Below, piece by piece: positions 38,898 to 48,438 of a stretch of 64,000 nucleotides of DNA. The stretch lies in IMG/VR virus record IMGVR_UViG_3300017963_000188, positions 186,001 to 250,000 of that record; one strand, 5' to 3'. A model generated the notes under the pieces. It was not told the DNA's origin. It saw only the letters and a program-made list of their open reading frames with translations, and ran no database searches. Each line of letters starts with the position of its first letter. The stretch's first letter is position 1. A program made the translations under genes and the position numbers.

Positions 38898-39425
38898 ATG
38901 GAACAACATGTTGATATCTTTTTTACGTGTAGTAGTGCCTGGTATAGTCGTCTTTTAAGATGGGCTGAAAAGAGTAAGGTAAGTCACACCGGGTTGGAGT
39001 ATAACAATCTTTCATTTGAAGGTGATAGCTGGACCTTAGAGTCAAGTGCTGGTGGTGTTGAGACGTTTCCTACAAAGAAAAGACCCCAAAATGTAACTCA
39101 CCGTTTTCGATGTCAATCATCTAACATTTCATCAGCTTTGAAGGAGATTTCTGAACTTGTTACATCTCCTTATGATTGGAAAAGTGCCTTTTTCATTGGG
39201 CTGGTGTTCATTGTTTGGAAGTTGTTAAAAGTGAAAATCAAACGACCTTTCAATAATTCTAGAGGTCAGGTTTGTTCAGAAATGGTCTCTAGATTTCTGA
39301 AAGTTTTGGGAAGTCCTGGTATTGATAATTTCGATTTTGAATCTGTGACACCTCAAATGCTTCTTAGTTATTGTCGAAATCGACCAGAGCTTTTTGTTGA
39401 AGTCGATATAGGAGGTGCATTATGA
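38898..39425 (+). CDS. Permuted papain-like NlpC/P60 enzyme (YiiX/YaeF-like)
   Basis: SHTG near the N-terminus, PYDW, VCSEMV near the C-terminus, VTPQ. His precedes Cys, the permuted order. Confidence 0.75.
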   Translation: MEQHVDIFFTCSSAWYSRLLRWAEKSKVSHTGLEYNNLSFEGDSWTLESSAGGVETFPTKKRPQNVTHRFRCQSSNISSALKEISELVTSPYDWKSAFFIGLVFIVWKLLKVKIKRPFNNSRGQVCSEMVSRFLKVLGSPGIDNFDFESVTPQMLLSYCRNRPELFVEVDIGGAL

Positions 39426-39802
39426 GTATAATACAATGGTGGGTGTCTAGATTTAAGTGGGAGCCAGATAATTGGTGGTGGGAACAGATCAATATGAAAG
39501 AGGCTTGGGGTTGGGTAGGTCTTGAAGATAAGTTACCAGCTTGGACTTTTGTTATACCTGACAAATTGTCCCATTTTTTAACATGTTTTCTATTGACATG
39601 GCTATTTTTTAGGTTAGGATTAAATAGACATTGGGCAGCCTTTTTGGGTTGGTTCATAATGATGGGACCATGGGAAATTCTTCTTGATGGTTGTTTTAGG
39701 CATGGTGCTTCTTGGAAAGATATGATAGCTAATACGTTAGGTACAATTTTGTGCTGGTGGTGGTTAGCTAGTTATGGTAATGTAGGTCAGTCCCAGTTGT
39801 GA
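39422..39802 (+). CDS. VanZ-like membrane protein
   Basis: DKLSHF, hydrophobic helices, WEI, ASWKDMIANTLG. Confidence 0.65.
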   Translation: MSIIQWWVSRFKWEPDNWWWEQINMKEAWGWVGLEDKLPAWTFVIPDKLSHFLTCFLLTWLFFRLGLNRHWAAFLGWFIMMGPWEILLDGCFRHGASWKDMIANTLGTILCWWWLASYGNVGQSQL

Positions 39803-39828
39803 TTTTATGTAACTAATAGGAGGAAGAT

Positions 39829-40341
39829 ATGAAAGTTGAGATGACAAGAAAGGAGTTGATTTCTTTCAATGATACTCTGAAGGCTTTAGCTAGGATCAGA
39901 GAAACTAGATTTGCTTATGTCATTGCAAAGAATAAACGTACCATCAAGGATGAACTTGACGCTCTAGAAGAAGCAAGACAAGCTCCAGATGGCTATGAAG
40001 AATACGAAAAGCAACGAGTTAGATTGGTCACAAAACATGCAGTGAAAGATCCAGATGGTAATCCAATCTTCCTTCCTAATGGTGCTACTAGAATCAGAAA
40101 TGAAATTGAGTTCGAAGCTGAATTCAATAAGCTCCGAGAAGAACATCGTGAGGCAGTTGAGTTAGGTGAAGCTAAAGAAAAGGAACTTCAAGAATTTCTG
40201 AAAGAGAAGATTTCATTCGATTTACATGCTGTTGATGTTAAGTATCTTCCAAAAGATCTAAGTTCTGATGAGATGGAAACATTGATGCCCATCATTGATG
40301 GGAATCTAGATGATTTGTTTTTAGACCCTGACCCATCTTAA
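39829..40341 (+). CDS. Conserved phage hypothetical protein (helical)
   Basis: AGGAGG SD, FAYVIAKN...L..EL motif. Confidence 0.65.
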   Translation: MKVEMTRKELISFNDTLKALARIRETRFAYVIAKNKRTIKDELDALEEARQAPDGYEEYEKQRVRLVTKHAVKDPDGNPIFLPNGATRIRNEIEFEAEFNKLREEHREAVELGEAKEKELQEFLKEKISFDLHAVDVKYLPKDLSSDEMETLMPIIDGNLDDLFLDPDPS

Positions 40342-40444
40342 ACATAGATATCTCTATAAATAAATCTTCAAATTATATATTTATTTTTCCTGTCTATTGA
40401 TGGTCATGTTGCGCTATAATTGACAGAGGAGGGTTGTATAGTCT

Positions 40445-40828
40445 ATGCCCGTTGAAACAATTAAACAATTTGCTCAATACGGTGGTTATATTGGTTTATT
40501 GACTGCTGTGATGGTCGTAGGTCTTGGTTTTGCTGTGATGTATCTTTGGAGGTATATACAAAAATTGATGGTTCAGATCAATACTACCCAAGAAGAACAT
40601 CAAAAGACATTAACATCTCTTCAAGAGGAGTATCAGAAAACCATCACATCTATACAAGAGAAATACCAGGTAACATTGACTGATCTACAAGATAAGCGTG
40701 TAGAAGAATCCAAAGAAGTGAGAGAACTTTTGATGGATTTCTCTAATGAGAATAACACTGTCATCAGGGGTCTCACTGAAGCTATGAATGCTTGGAAAGA
40801 GGCTATGGTAGCCAGGAGAAACACTTGA
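40445..40828 (+). CDS. Single-TM coiled-coil membrane protein, holin-like
   Basis: QYGGYIGLLTAVMVVGLGFAVMYLW TM segment followed by a coiled coil. Confidence 0.45.
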   Translation: MPVETIKQFAQYGGYIGLLTAVMVVGLGFAVMYLWRYIQKLMVQINTTQEEHQKTLTSLQEEYQKTITSIQEKYQVTLTDLQDKRVEESKEVRELLMDFSNENNTVIRGLTEAMNAWKEAMVARRNT

Positions 40829-41076
40829 TGTGGCCATTCAAGCCAAAAGAGATTGAAGATGATACCAAAGATGGGGAAGTCTCTGTTGAATTTGAATTTG
40901 ATCTAGAAGAACTTTTTAAAGTTCCAGAAAGCGATGGAGAATCTCATAAGACTGTGACTACATTGATAAAATCACAGAGAGACCGATATCAAGACTTGAA
41001 ATCTCAACTTCAAGATTTTAAAACTCAGGCCATTAACTTAATGGATGTTCCTGTGAAAGGTGGTAGCAATGAGTGA
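40828..41076 (+). CDS. Hypothetical protein
   Basis: TGATG-coupled start MWPFK, AGGAG SD. Confidence 0.55.
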   Translation: MWPFKPKEIEDDTKDGEVSVEFEFDLEELFKVPESDGESHKTVTTLIKSQRDRYQDLKSQLQDFKTQAINLMDVPVKGGSNE

Positions 41077-41593
41077 ACCCACAATAAAGGATGTAGCAGA
41101 CAAATTAGATAGAATCCTTGAATTGATTACTAAGTTAATTGACCCAATGACTAAAACTTTGGATGAAGCTGAGAAAAGTACCAGAGAAATCAATAGATCT
41201 ACTTTAAGTCGTTACATAGTTCTTGGTGGTATGGCTTTGACAGTCATCGTGATGTGTGGGGCTATGGGCTATGTCTTATGGGAAATGCGGGATGTAGTCA
41301 AAAAGCTAGAAGAGCAGCATCTGAAAGTGGGAGTCACTGAAGTACAGGTAGATACTCTTGTGGATCTTGCAAAGAAAAATGCTTCTACACCTGAAATCAG
41401 GAAGAAATTAGAGAAAATAACTAGAATTAAAGATGATCCTAGTCCTGAGCAGGTGAAGATGGTGATTAAAGCGGCATCTAGGAAGCCATCTTCTTCTATA
41501 CAAATAAAAGTGGATAAAGATAAGAATCTTAGTAAGAAACCGTTGGAAAAAGCAGCCTCATCAGAAAAAGAAGATGAGGATGACACGGATTGA
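41069..41593 (+). CDS. Single-TM coiled-coil protein
   Basis: YIVLGGMALTVIVMCGAMGYVLW TM segment flanked by heptads. Confidence 0.55.
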   Translation: MSEPTIKDVADKLDRILELITKLIDPMTKTLDEAEKSTREINRSTLSRYIVLGGMALTVIVMCGAMGYVLWEMRDVVKKLEEQHLKVGVTEVQVDTLVDLAKKNASTPEIRKKLEKITRIKDDPSPEQVKMVIKAASRKPSSSIQIKVDKDKNLSKKPLEKAASSEKEDEDDTD

Positions 41594-41663
41594 TTTTATA
41601 GAGGATACAGAATAACGATTATCTTTTTATGATTACCTAGAATAGGTCATGATTTAAGAGGAG

Positions 41664-42239
41664 ATGACAATGCTAAGAGTTATTCATAGCCAATCTGAAG
41701 AAGGAACCATTATTCTCAGTGATATCGAGGATGGAGTTAGGTTCAATTCTAGACATATCCTTGATGCTTCAAAGAGGGCTTTATTGAAGCAACAGGTTCT
41801 GGTTCCATACGAGAATCCAGACGATGCAGCTCAACCTGGATTTGTTGACCTTCAAGAGACTGATAATGTGCTCTTGTCGGCTGACCATGGTTGCATCAAG
41901 GGTCTCCAGGACAATGGTTTAGCTACGGTGCAGATTTTCTCAGCCGCTGATCTGACTGCTCCTGCTATTACCACAGCCGATTTGGACAACCCTGGGGCTG
42001 GAGACCTTACTGTAACAGGTACTGATTTTCTGAGTATCCCACCAGATGTTTCCAAACTGGTTTTAACTGGCACTGGAGCCGTAGAATTGACTCAGGCTCA
42101 AGTAACTGGTGGTGGTGGTACTTGGTCAGATACTTCTATCGTTGTCCCAGCAGCATTGGTTCCAGGCGTTGCTACGGGCACTACTTCAGCTACTGTAAGA
42201 GCTGATGGTCAGGATTCGAACACGGTGGCTTTATCATAA
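41664..42239 (+). CDS. Virion protein with C-terminal IPT/TIG-like domain
   Basis: APAIT...LTVTGTDF...WSDTSIVV..P..V..G...VRADGQDSN. Confidence 0.6.
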   Translation: MTMLRVIHSQSEEGTIILSDIEDGVRFNSRHILDASKRALLKQQVLVPYENPDDAAQPGFVDLQETDNVLLSADHGCIKGLQDNGLATVQIFSAADLTAPAITTADLDNPGAGDLTVTGTDFLSIPPDVSKLVLTGTGAVELTQAQVTGGGGTWSDTSIVVPAALVPGVATGTTSATVRADGQDSNTVALS

Positions 42240-42250
42240 GATGATTTGGT

Positions 42251-42592
42251 ATGGACAAAGAATCAATAGGAGAATTTCTAGACCAACATCTGGTGAACTT
42301 TCGTGGCAACCAGTGGAGGCCACATTTTATTTTCCCTCAGAATTACTTGAAGTTTCTTCTGAAGGAAATGGAAGCTCATTTCAAGACTATAGATGGACTT
42401 GATATTGAGGGCATCACTTGGCAAGCTAAGTTTAGGAAGAAGAAACACGAGATGAAGGTATATTTAGATAAGGCAAAGAGGGCAAGATACTTTGACCATA
42501 TCGATTTTATGGAAAATATGGACATGTTTTACAGGGAAGCAAGATCATTCATCGAAGCTCTCTGGAAACTTCGTTTGAAAAAGGAGATATAA
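42251..42592 (+). CDS. Hypothetical protein
   Basis: 113-aa ORF in the operon. Confidence 0.55.
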   Translation: MDKESIGEFLDQHLVNFRGNQWRPHFIFPQNYLKFLLKEMEAHFKTIDGLDIEGITWQAKFRKKKHEMKVYLDKAKRARYFDHIDFMENMDMFYREARSFIEALWKLRLKKEI

Positions 42593-42594
42593 AG

Positions 42595-43125
42595 ATGGCA
42601 CGTATTGGAGTTATCAGAACAGATGTGGCACAAGTTCACGTTAGCGATCTTGAGCCAGTTTCCCAGTGGGCTCCCTCAGTAGAACCTTTGGGTCAGGAAA
42701 GAGCCATTGCCAGGCCAGTTCCAGGTACTGCTAGCAATTCTCATCAGAGTGTTGAAGAGATCCTAGCCGCAGATTCCAATGGGTTGACTGCTGCTGAAAT
42801 CACTGCTACAGCTCCCCTTATCATTGCTAGGGGTCTTCCCAGTGGTGGCCCTATCAATGTCAGCAAAACCAATCTTGACTTTGACTATTCAGGCATTGAC
42901 GCTGCTGCATTCGATTTTGCAGGTGCTAATATGGATGCTGACACAGCAACAGCTTTGGCTGAAGAGCTTGCTCCATCTTTTGTTGAAACCGGTGTGTTCC
43001 TTCTTTCTTTTGACCATGGTGTGATTCATGGTTATAGGGACAGTGGTTTCGAGTATGGTGGTACTGCTGGTGCAGCCGTTGGTGTCGTTGATGACGATGG
43101 ATCTACTGCATTTTCATTACCATAA
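42595..43125 (+). CDS. Putative virion protein
   Basis: AAGGAG SD. N-terminus weakly resembles 41664..42239. Confidence 0.55.
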   Translation: MARIGVIRTDVAQVHVSDLEPVSQWAPSVEPLGQERAIARPVPGTASNSHQSVEEILAADSNGLTAAEITATAPLIIARGLPSGGPINVSKTNLDFDYSGIDAAAFDFAGANMDADTATALAEELAPSFVETGVFLLSFDHGVIHGYRDSGFEYGGTAGAAVGVVDDDGSTAFSLP

Positions 43126-43197
43126 TAGGTAATTTGTAGTTTGGTGTTGTTTACAGCACCAATGTAATGTAACGATCTGTTAGCTTATGGTAATGTG

Positions 43198-43449
43198 ATG
43201 AATCATGACAAATCCTCAAATACCCGTGCGGTAAGTGATATATATTTTGCTGCTTTTCTTAGGACATGTGGGTGTATGTTGGAACGTCATGAGAGAAGGG
43301 GTAATAGAACCTTGTTTATTTTTGAGGAATCACCTCGATTAGAGGAACTCAAATTGGCTTACTACAATAAGTCAGACGGAACAAAGGTCATTCCATTAGA
43401 TTTTGCTAACAGCGTAAAGGACCTTAAATCCCTATGTTATATGAGTTGA
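43198..43449 (+). CDS. DUF5659-like small protein
   Basis: SDIYFAAFL...G..L...R...RTLFIF...YYN...V.P..F...KDLK pattern. Confidence 0.6.
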   Translation: MNHDKSSNTRAVSDIYFAAFLRTCGCMLERHERRGNRTLFIFEESPRLEELKLAYYNKSDGTKVIPLDFANSVKDLKSLCYMS

Positions 43450-43452
43450 TGA

Positions 43453-43845
43453 ATGTCATATGCTGTGAGGGGAAAGCGTCGTACCTTCTATGTCCTGTTT
43501 CTTAGAGAGGAAACAGGAGATCCTTTTGATCCCACCAATCCAGTTATAGAAATATTCCATTACGATGACCTAGATGGAGCTACTGGAACCAATAAGATAG
43601 TAGATGTGCCAGCAACTGCTTTGATTTCAGATCCTGAAGTTGGTCATTTTCATTTTGTATGGGCTGTCCCCTATACCAAACCTTTAAGGCAAGTACATTA
43701 TGCCCTATCAACAGGGGATGATCCTATTACGGGACGTACCGGACATTGCGAGGAAATTTTCTCTATAATTGATGATACAGACCCCTCTTCTACACCATCT
43801 CCTTGTGGGGGTGGAGGGATGACTTGTTCTTTCGTCAAAAATTGA
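43453..43845 (+). CDS. Putative virion protein (Ig-like)
   Basis: G.PFDPTNP..EIF...VGHFHFVW..P. Resembles the N-terminal domain of the next gene. Confidence 0.5.
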   Translation: MSYAVRGKRRTFYVLFLREETGDPFDPTNPVIEIFHYDDLDGATGTNKIVDVPATALISDPEVGHFHFVWAVPYTKPLRQVHYALSTGDDPITGRTGHCEEIFSIIDDTDPSSTPSPCGGGGMTCSFVKN

Positions 43846-43900
43846 TTCCCACTTGTCTTTTTATTTCTATAAGTAGTAGAATAGTTTTGCGAGGTTCACT

Positions 43901-44791
43901 ATGAGTGTAGCTTTTGTAAGAGGTCAAACTCTTGGTAGAGATGACCTAAATATCTATCTTCGTAATTCAGCCGGATTACCAGCTAATGCGGCTGTGATTA
44001 CGTATGCTATCTATGATTATACGACAGGGGTTGAAGTTCTTATTGGTGATGCCGATAGAGTACCTGTTAATCCTGCTGTTGGGGAATACTACGCAGCATT
44101 TCAAATACCATTTGATGCTAATATTGGTGATTTCCGTATCAGATGGACTTTCAAAGAAACTTTCTCATCAGCTCCTGTTCAGTGTGTTCAAGAGTTCAAT
44201 GTTGTAGAAGGGGGCCTAGCAGCACAGACATTAAGCTATGGTGCAGTTATGGATGATCTGATAGATCGTCTTAGAATCTATTTGAGAGATAATAATCCTG
44301 ATCGTAACTATCATTTCCGACCTCCTACAGGTGAAGGTATCATCAATAGTTACAACAGAGTTTTTGGGTATATTTGGGAAAATCTAGAGTTAAATGAGTA
44401 TATTGAAGGTAGTGCAAACCTTATTATGATGTATCCTCCCAGGACTGTATATAATAATGTTTCTGGCATGCTGCAAAGTCGTCCTGAATGGAGAACTTTG
44501 ACTTTGACTGGGGCTATGATTCTTGCCCTTCAAGCATTGATGATCAACTGGATAGAGGAAGAATTCGACTACTCGATTGGTGGTATTTCTCTTAGCATTG
44601 AGAAATCCAGCAAATATGAAGCTGCTAAGCGAAATGCTGAAGAGCAATTTGATAAATATGTTGAGGCTGCAAAACGTGGTGTGAAAATTACAAAGGGACT
44701 ACAACAGCCTAAATATGGTGTTGGTATTCGTAGTTCTTTTGGGCCTCATGTTGGTAGAGGGGTTCTGACCCCTAGAAAATTTATAGGATGA
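43901..44791 (+). CDS. Putative neck / head-tail adaptor protein
   Basis: LIDRLR..LRD.NP, EEFDYSIGGISLSIEKS..Y. Position between head and tail genes. Confidence 0.55.
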   Translation: MSVAFVRGQTLGRDDLNIYLRNSAGLPANAAVITYAIYDYTTGVEVLIGDADRVPVNPAVGEYYAAFQIPFDANIGDFRIRWTFKETFSSAPVQCVQEFNVVEGGLAAQTLSYGAVMDDLIDRLRIYLRDNNPDRNYHFRPPTGEGIINSYNRVFGYIWENLELNEYIEGSANLIMMYPPRTVYNNVSGMLQSRPEWRTLTLTGAMILALQALMINWIEEEFDYSIGGISLSIEKSSKYEAAKRNAEEQFDKYVEAAKRGVKITKGLQQPKYGVGIRSSFGPHVGRGVLTPRKFIG

Positions 44792-44794
44792 TAC

Positions 44795-46072
44795 ATGGCA
44801 TTTCCAGAAGCCCCACATAATTTGAATGTGGTATCACCATATATCCCAAATGCATTGGATCTTAGATGGGATAATCCTGGTATTCTACCAGGGAATTCTC
44901 AGTTCAAGGTGCTTGGAGTCAATATTTATCGAGCCTTTGACAGTGAATTTGGTCCATTTCGTAAACTCAATGAAATACCTATTGGAGCTACGTTTTATCG
45001 TGATCAGGTACAGTTGAAAGTTGAGATTGATGAAGATGTATCAGATAATTACATCTCTAAAGGTACTCGTGAAGATGATAAATGGATATTCAGGGTGAAA
45101 CGATACCCTATCATGAAACCAGCTACTGATACTAATTTGAAAATAGCTGATCATGCCAAAGATGTTACAGTAAAGATTGATGGTGTAGAAGTAGTACCAT
45201 TTAAAGTGAAGGGGGATCTTGGTATTGTAGAGTTGGTGAATGGGCCTATTTTCAATCCGACTACTCAACGATTAGAACCACCAGTGCTCCCAACAGACAG
45301 TTCAGTAACGACTTGTACGTATAGATATCTATCCAATTCTTTATCTACAGCTATGAGTCAGAGGATTTTTTATCGTATCACAACGGTAGTAGAGGGCACA
45401 GGTTCAGGTGATGATGGGTACATTGAAACTCCAATGGAGAATACGTATCCTGTTTCAGCTCATGAAATTGAGAAGTTGGATTATATTTGGACAGAAGCTA
45501 TTAGACGTAATCGATGGATACTAGAGCAGGGTGGGGAAAGAGTTAAAGTGTTCTTAAAACGTCACATAGGAATTCAATGTCCTTGCTGGAGATCGCATAA
45601 GAACCAGCCCAAGAGTGATTGTAAGAGATGTTTTGGATCTGGTGTTTTGGGTGGGTATGACGGTCCTTATGATATGATTATAGCTCCAGATGAATCTTCA
45701 AAGAAAAAAGCTCAATCAGATATGGGTCGAAAGTTAGAGCATAGTTGGGAGGCATGGACAGGTCCTAGCCCTCTCCTTTCTCATCGTGATTTTATTGTAC
45801 GTCAGAATGGTGACCGATATACTATTGGAGCACCTTCAATCCCTTCAGCAAGAGGTTCTATACTACAACAACATTTTACAATGAACTACATTGATTCAGG
45901 AGATATTAGGTATTATGTCCCAGTCACTGGTACAGCATCTCTTGTATTCCCAGAGACTCGACTTCAAAGTGATGGGTCTAATGTGTATCCTCAGATTACT
46001 GAGAAATCCACTATTCCAGATGAAAGGGAACAACGAGGTCGTACCGTAGTTTGGGAAAATATTACCTACTAG
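44795..46072 (+). CDS. Putative neck / head-closure protein with FN3-like and Zn-finger segments
   Basis: PEAPHNL...LRWD...GVNIYRA, CPCW...CKRCFGSG..GGY, WTGPSPLL..RDFIV. Confidence 0.55.
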   Translation: MAFPEAPHNLNVVSPYIPNALDLRWDNPGILPGNSQFKVLGVNIYRAFDSEFGPFRKLNEIPIGATFYRDQVQLKVEIDEDVSDNYISKGTREDDKWIFRVKRYPIMKPATDTNLKIADHAKDVTVKIDGVEVVPFKVKGDLGIVELVNGPIFNPTTQRLEPPVLPTDSSVTTCTYRYLSNSLSTAMSQRIFYRITTVVEGTGSGDDGYIETPMENTYPVSAHEIEKLDYIWTEAIRRNRWILEQGGERVKVFLKRHIGIQCPCWRSHKNQPKSDCKRCFGSGVLGGYDGPYDMIIAPDESSKKKAQSDMGRKLEHSWEAWTGPSPLLSHRDFIVRQNGDRYTIGAPSIPSARGSILQQHFTMNYIDSGDIRYYVPVTGTASLVFPETRLQSDGSNVYPQITEKSTIPDEREQRGRTVVWENITY

Positions 46073-46079
46073 AATGTAA

Positions 46080-46589
46080 ATGAAATTTAGAATTCAACCA
46101 AATATTTTCACACCTGATCCGAAAGAACCAAAATTAAACCGTTTCTTTTTGGACCGTTTAGCACGAGATATGGTGAGGATTCTGAAGACAGAAATCAAAA
46201 AAGAATCCTTCAAAGCTCCAGCAACGGATTTAATTCGTTCTTGGAAATACTCTGTTAAGGGGCAAGACATAGTAATATGGTCTGACCATCCAGCTTTGAC
46301 AGGGGAGAAAGTTGAAGAAGAGGTAGAAGAAGAAAAGTTGGATCTTGATAATATTGACCTGCCTGATGATCCAAGAGAGGCTATGAAAGTATTACGTGCA
46401 ATACCAAATGTAGCTGTGATACAAGATGATGGTAAGATTGAAGTGAGGAAAGTGACAGCAAAAAAGATGGGGGATGAATGGGTATTCCCACCTCATAAAA
46501 GAACTGCATTTTTGGAACGAGCTAAAAGGTCAATTATGAAAATGATACGTAACAGGATTCAATCTAAGATACGAGAAGCAATAGGGTGA
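46080..46589 (+). CDS. Putative neck or tail-component protein
   Basis: LIRSWKY and W.FP....FLERAK resemble HK97 gp10-like morphogenesis proteins. Confidence 0.4.
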   Translation: MKFRIQPNIFTPDPKEPKLNRFFLDRLARDMVRILKTEIKKESFKAPATDLIRSWKYSVKGQDIVIWSDHPALTGEKVEEEVEEEKLDLDNIDLPDDPREAMKVLRAIPNVAVIQDDGKIEVRKVTAKKMGDEWVFPPHKRTAFLERAKRSIMKMIRNRIQSKIREAIG

Positions 46590-46593
46590 TGTT

Positions 46594-47244
46594 ATGGCAA
46601 AGATAGACTTAGACCGTGACCTTGTAGTCATAGGGAACATTGTGGGAGACCATAGAATAGATGATTTGGGAGTGACTGTGGGATATGATGAAGCGGTGCG
46701 TCTCACAGCAAAACAAGTATCAAAATCAAAAGATTTGTTCAGAGACATTAAAGATAAGAAACTTAGAGTAGATCGTAGGTTGTATGCTTCTTCAACAAAA
46801 GTTCCTGAGAAACCTGTGAAACCAAAAGAAGAATCATTACCATCTTTGCCTAAGCCTGTAGCTAAGAGAGTAACTCAAAACACAAGCTCTCCAGATCTTG
46901 AAGCTGTGAAATTTTTGGCTGCTGGGAATGCTAGGACTTTGGAGAATCTTACCCAGCTCTTAGGTGAGGTTGTATCAGAACTGAAAGATATGAAGAGTTC
47001 AGTAGGGAATGGTGTTGATAAAGATACTCTTCGTGAATTGTTACGAAGCATACAGATCCAATCAGGATCTGGGCAGGATATAATAGATACAGAAGCACCT
47101 CGATATATACCTTCAGACCTTTTAGGTGCTGAAAATGTAGTTTCTACAAAGGTCGATGTCAAATCAGAGAAGAAGAAGACTGGTAAGCTAGATAGCAATT
47201 TGAAGGCTTTGAAGGAACTAAGGGCTAAAAAAGAGAATGGTTAA
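46594..47244 (+). CDS. Hypothetical protein, candidate actin partner
   Basis: Globular N-terminus, Pro/Lys linker, helical middle, basic C-terminal helix LKALKELRAKK. Directly upstream of the actin gene. Confidence 0.6.
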   Translation: MAKIDLDRDLVVIGNIVGDHRIDDLGVTVGYDEAVRLTAKQVSKSKDLFRDIKDKKLRVDRRLYASSTKVPEKPVKPKEESLPSLPKPVAKRVTQNTSSPDLEAVKFLAAGNARTLENLTQLLGEVVSELKDMKSSVGNGVDKDTLRELLRSIQIQSGSGQDIIDTEAPRYIPSDLLGAENVVSTKVDVKSEKKKTGKLDSNLKALKELRAKKENG

Positions 47245-47434
47245 TCTTTTTATATATATCTGAATGTGATGGGCTTTCAGGGATGATGTTGCTCAAACTC
47301 TAGAATCTATAAGATTCTATGTTTATTATGTGGCAAATATTTACTAGACGGAGCCGATCATAAGATGTTATATATAGACCTTGGGAGAAGGTCGCAATTT
47401 ATGTTATGTAGCTAACGTCAAAGGAGAACACGAG

Positions 47435-48427
47435 ATGAGTAACTCAGGAGTTGGTCTAGATATAGGGACCATGAACATCATTTCTGCTCGTAAGAATGAC
47501 GAGGATGAACTAGTAGTCAAGAGGCTTAGAGATGCTTTTTTGGATCTTGAGCCTGATGCTAAGAAGATGCTCAAGCTTTCTGGAGTGAGTTATATAGAAT
47601 ACAAGGATAAGATTGTTATTGTTGGGGATACAGCTTTACATACTGCAAATATCTTCAAAAGAGATGCTCGTAGACCTCTATCAAAGGGTATCATTTCACC
47701 AGAAGAGGTTGATGCTGTTGAAATTTTGTCCATCATCATTAAGCAGGTGCTTGGTAAACCATCTGTTAAGAATGAGATTTGTTACTTCTCTGTGCCAGCC
47801 GAACCAATTGATGATGTTTCAAAAGATGTAATCTACCATACCGATGTATTCAAGAGAATTCTTAAAGAACTAGGGTATGAGCCTCAAGAATCAAATGAAG
47901 CCCTTTCAGTGATTTTGTCTGAATGTGCTCAGGAGAATTTTTCGGGTATTGCCTTGAGTTTTGGTAGTGGTATGGTCAATGTTGCTATGGCCTATCATAG
48001 CATGCTTTCGTTGGCATTTTCTATGTCTCGTGCTGGAGATTGGATTGATACTCAGGCAGGGAAAGCTCTAGGTCAAACTTCTTCTAGGATGTGTACCATC
48101 AAGGAAAAAGGTATTGATCTGAAAAACCCTAAAGATCGTAATGAAGAGGCAATAACCATTTATTATAAATCCTTGATTGAGGATGCTGTTAAGTATCTGG
48201 TGAAGAAGGTTGGTGAAATGGGAGAGTTGGATTTCCCAGAACCAATCCCTATTGTGTTGGCAGGTGGTACCTCGAAGATAGGCGGTTTTTTGGACGTGTT
48301 CAAAGAGATATTTGAACCCTATAAGGTCAAAATGAAAGTGGAAATCAGTGAAGTCCGAATGGCTGTGAATGTATTAACAAGTGTTTCAGAAGGGCTTCTA
48401 TTACAAGCTCTTCAAGAATATGAATAA
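47435..48427 (+). CDS. Actin-like ATPase (volactin/MreB/FtsA superfamily)
   Basis: Phosphate-1 GLDIGTMN, connect-1 NEAL, phosphate-2 LSFGSGMVN, AGDWID, adenosine VLAGGTSKIGG, connect-2 SVSEGL. AAGGAG SD supports start 47435. Confidence 0.9.
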   Translation: MSNSGVGLDIGTMNIISARKNDEDELVVKRLRDAFLDLEPDAKKMLKLSGVSYIEYKDKIVIVGDTALHTANIFKRDARRPLSKGIISPEEVDAVEILSIIIKQVLGKPSVKNEICYFSVPAEPIDDVSKDVIYHTDVFKRILKELGYEPQESNEALSVILSECAQENFSGIALSFGSGMVNVAMAYHSMLSLAFSMSRAGDWIDTQAGKALGQTSSRMCTIKEKGIDLKNPKDRNEEAITIYYKSLIEDAVKYLVKKVGEMGELDFPEPIPIVLAGGTSKIGGFLDVFKEIFEPYKVKMKVEISEVRMAVNVLTSVSEGLLLQALQEYE

Positions 48428-48438
48428 GGAGGATAGAT

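Noticed and set aside
47435-48427. Archaeal virus origin, suggested by the volactin-like actin
   Set aside because: The replication and transcription genes (DnaX, HolA/B, DnaG, RecA, RuvC, sigma70 promoter) are bacterial-type.
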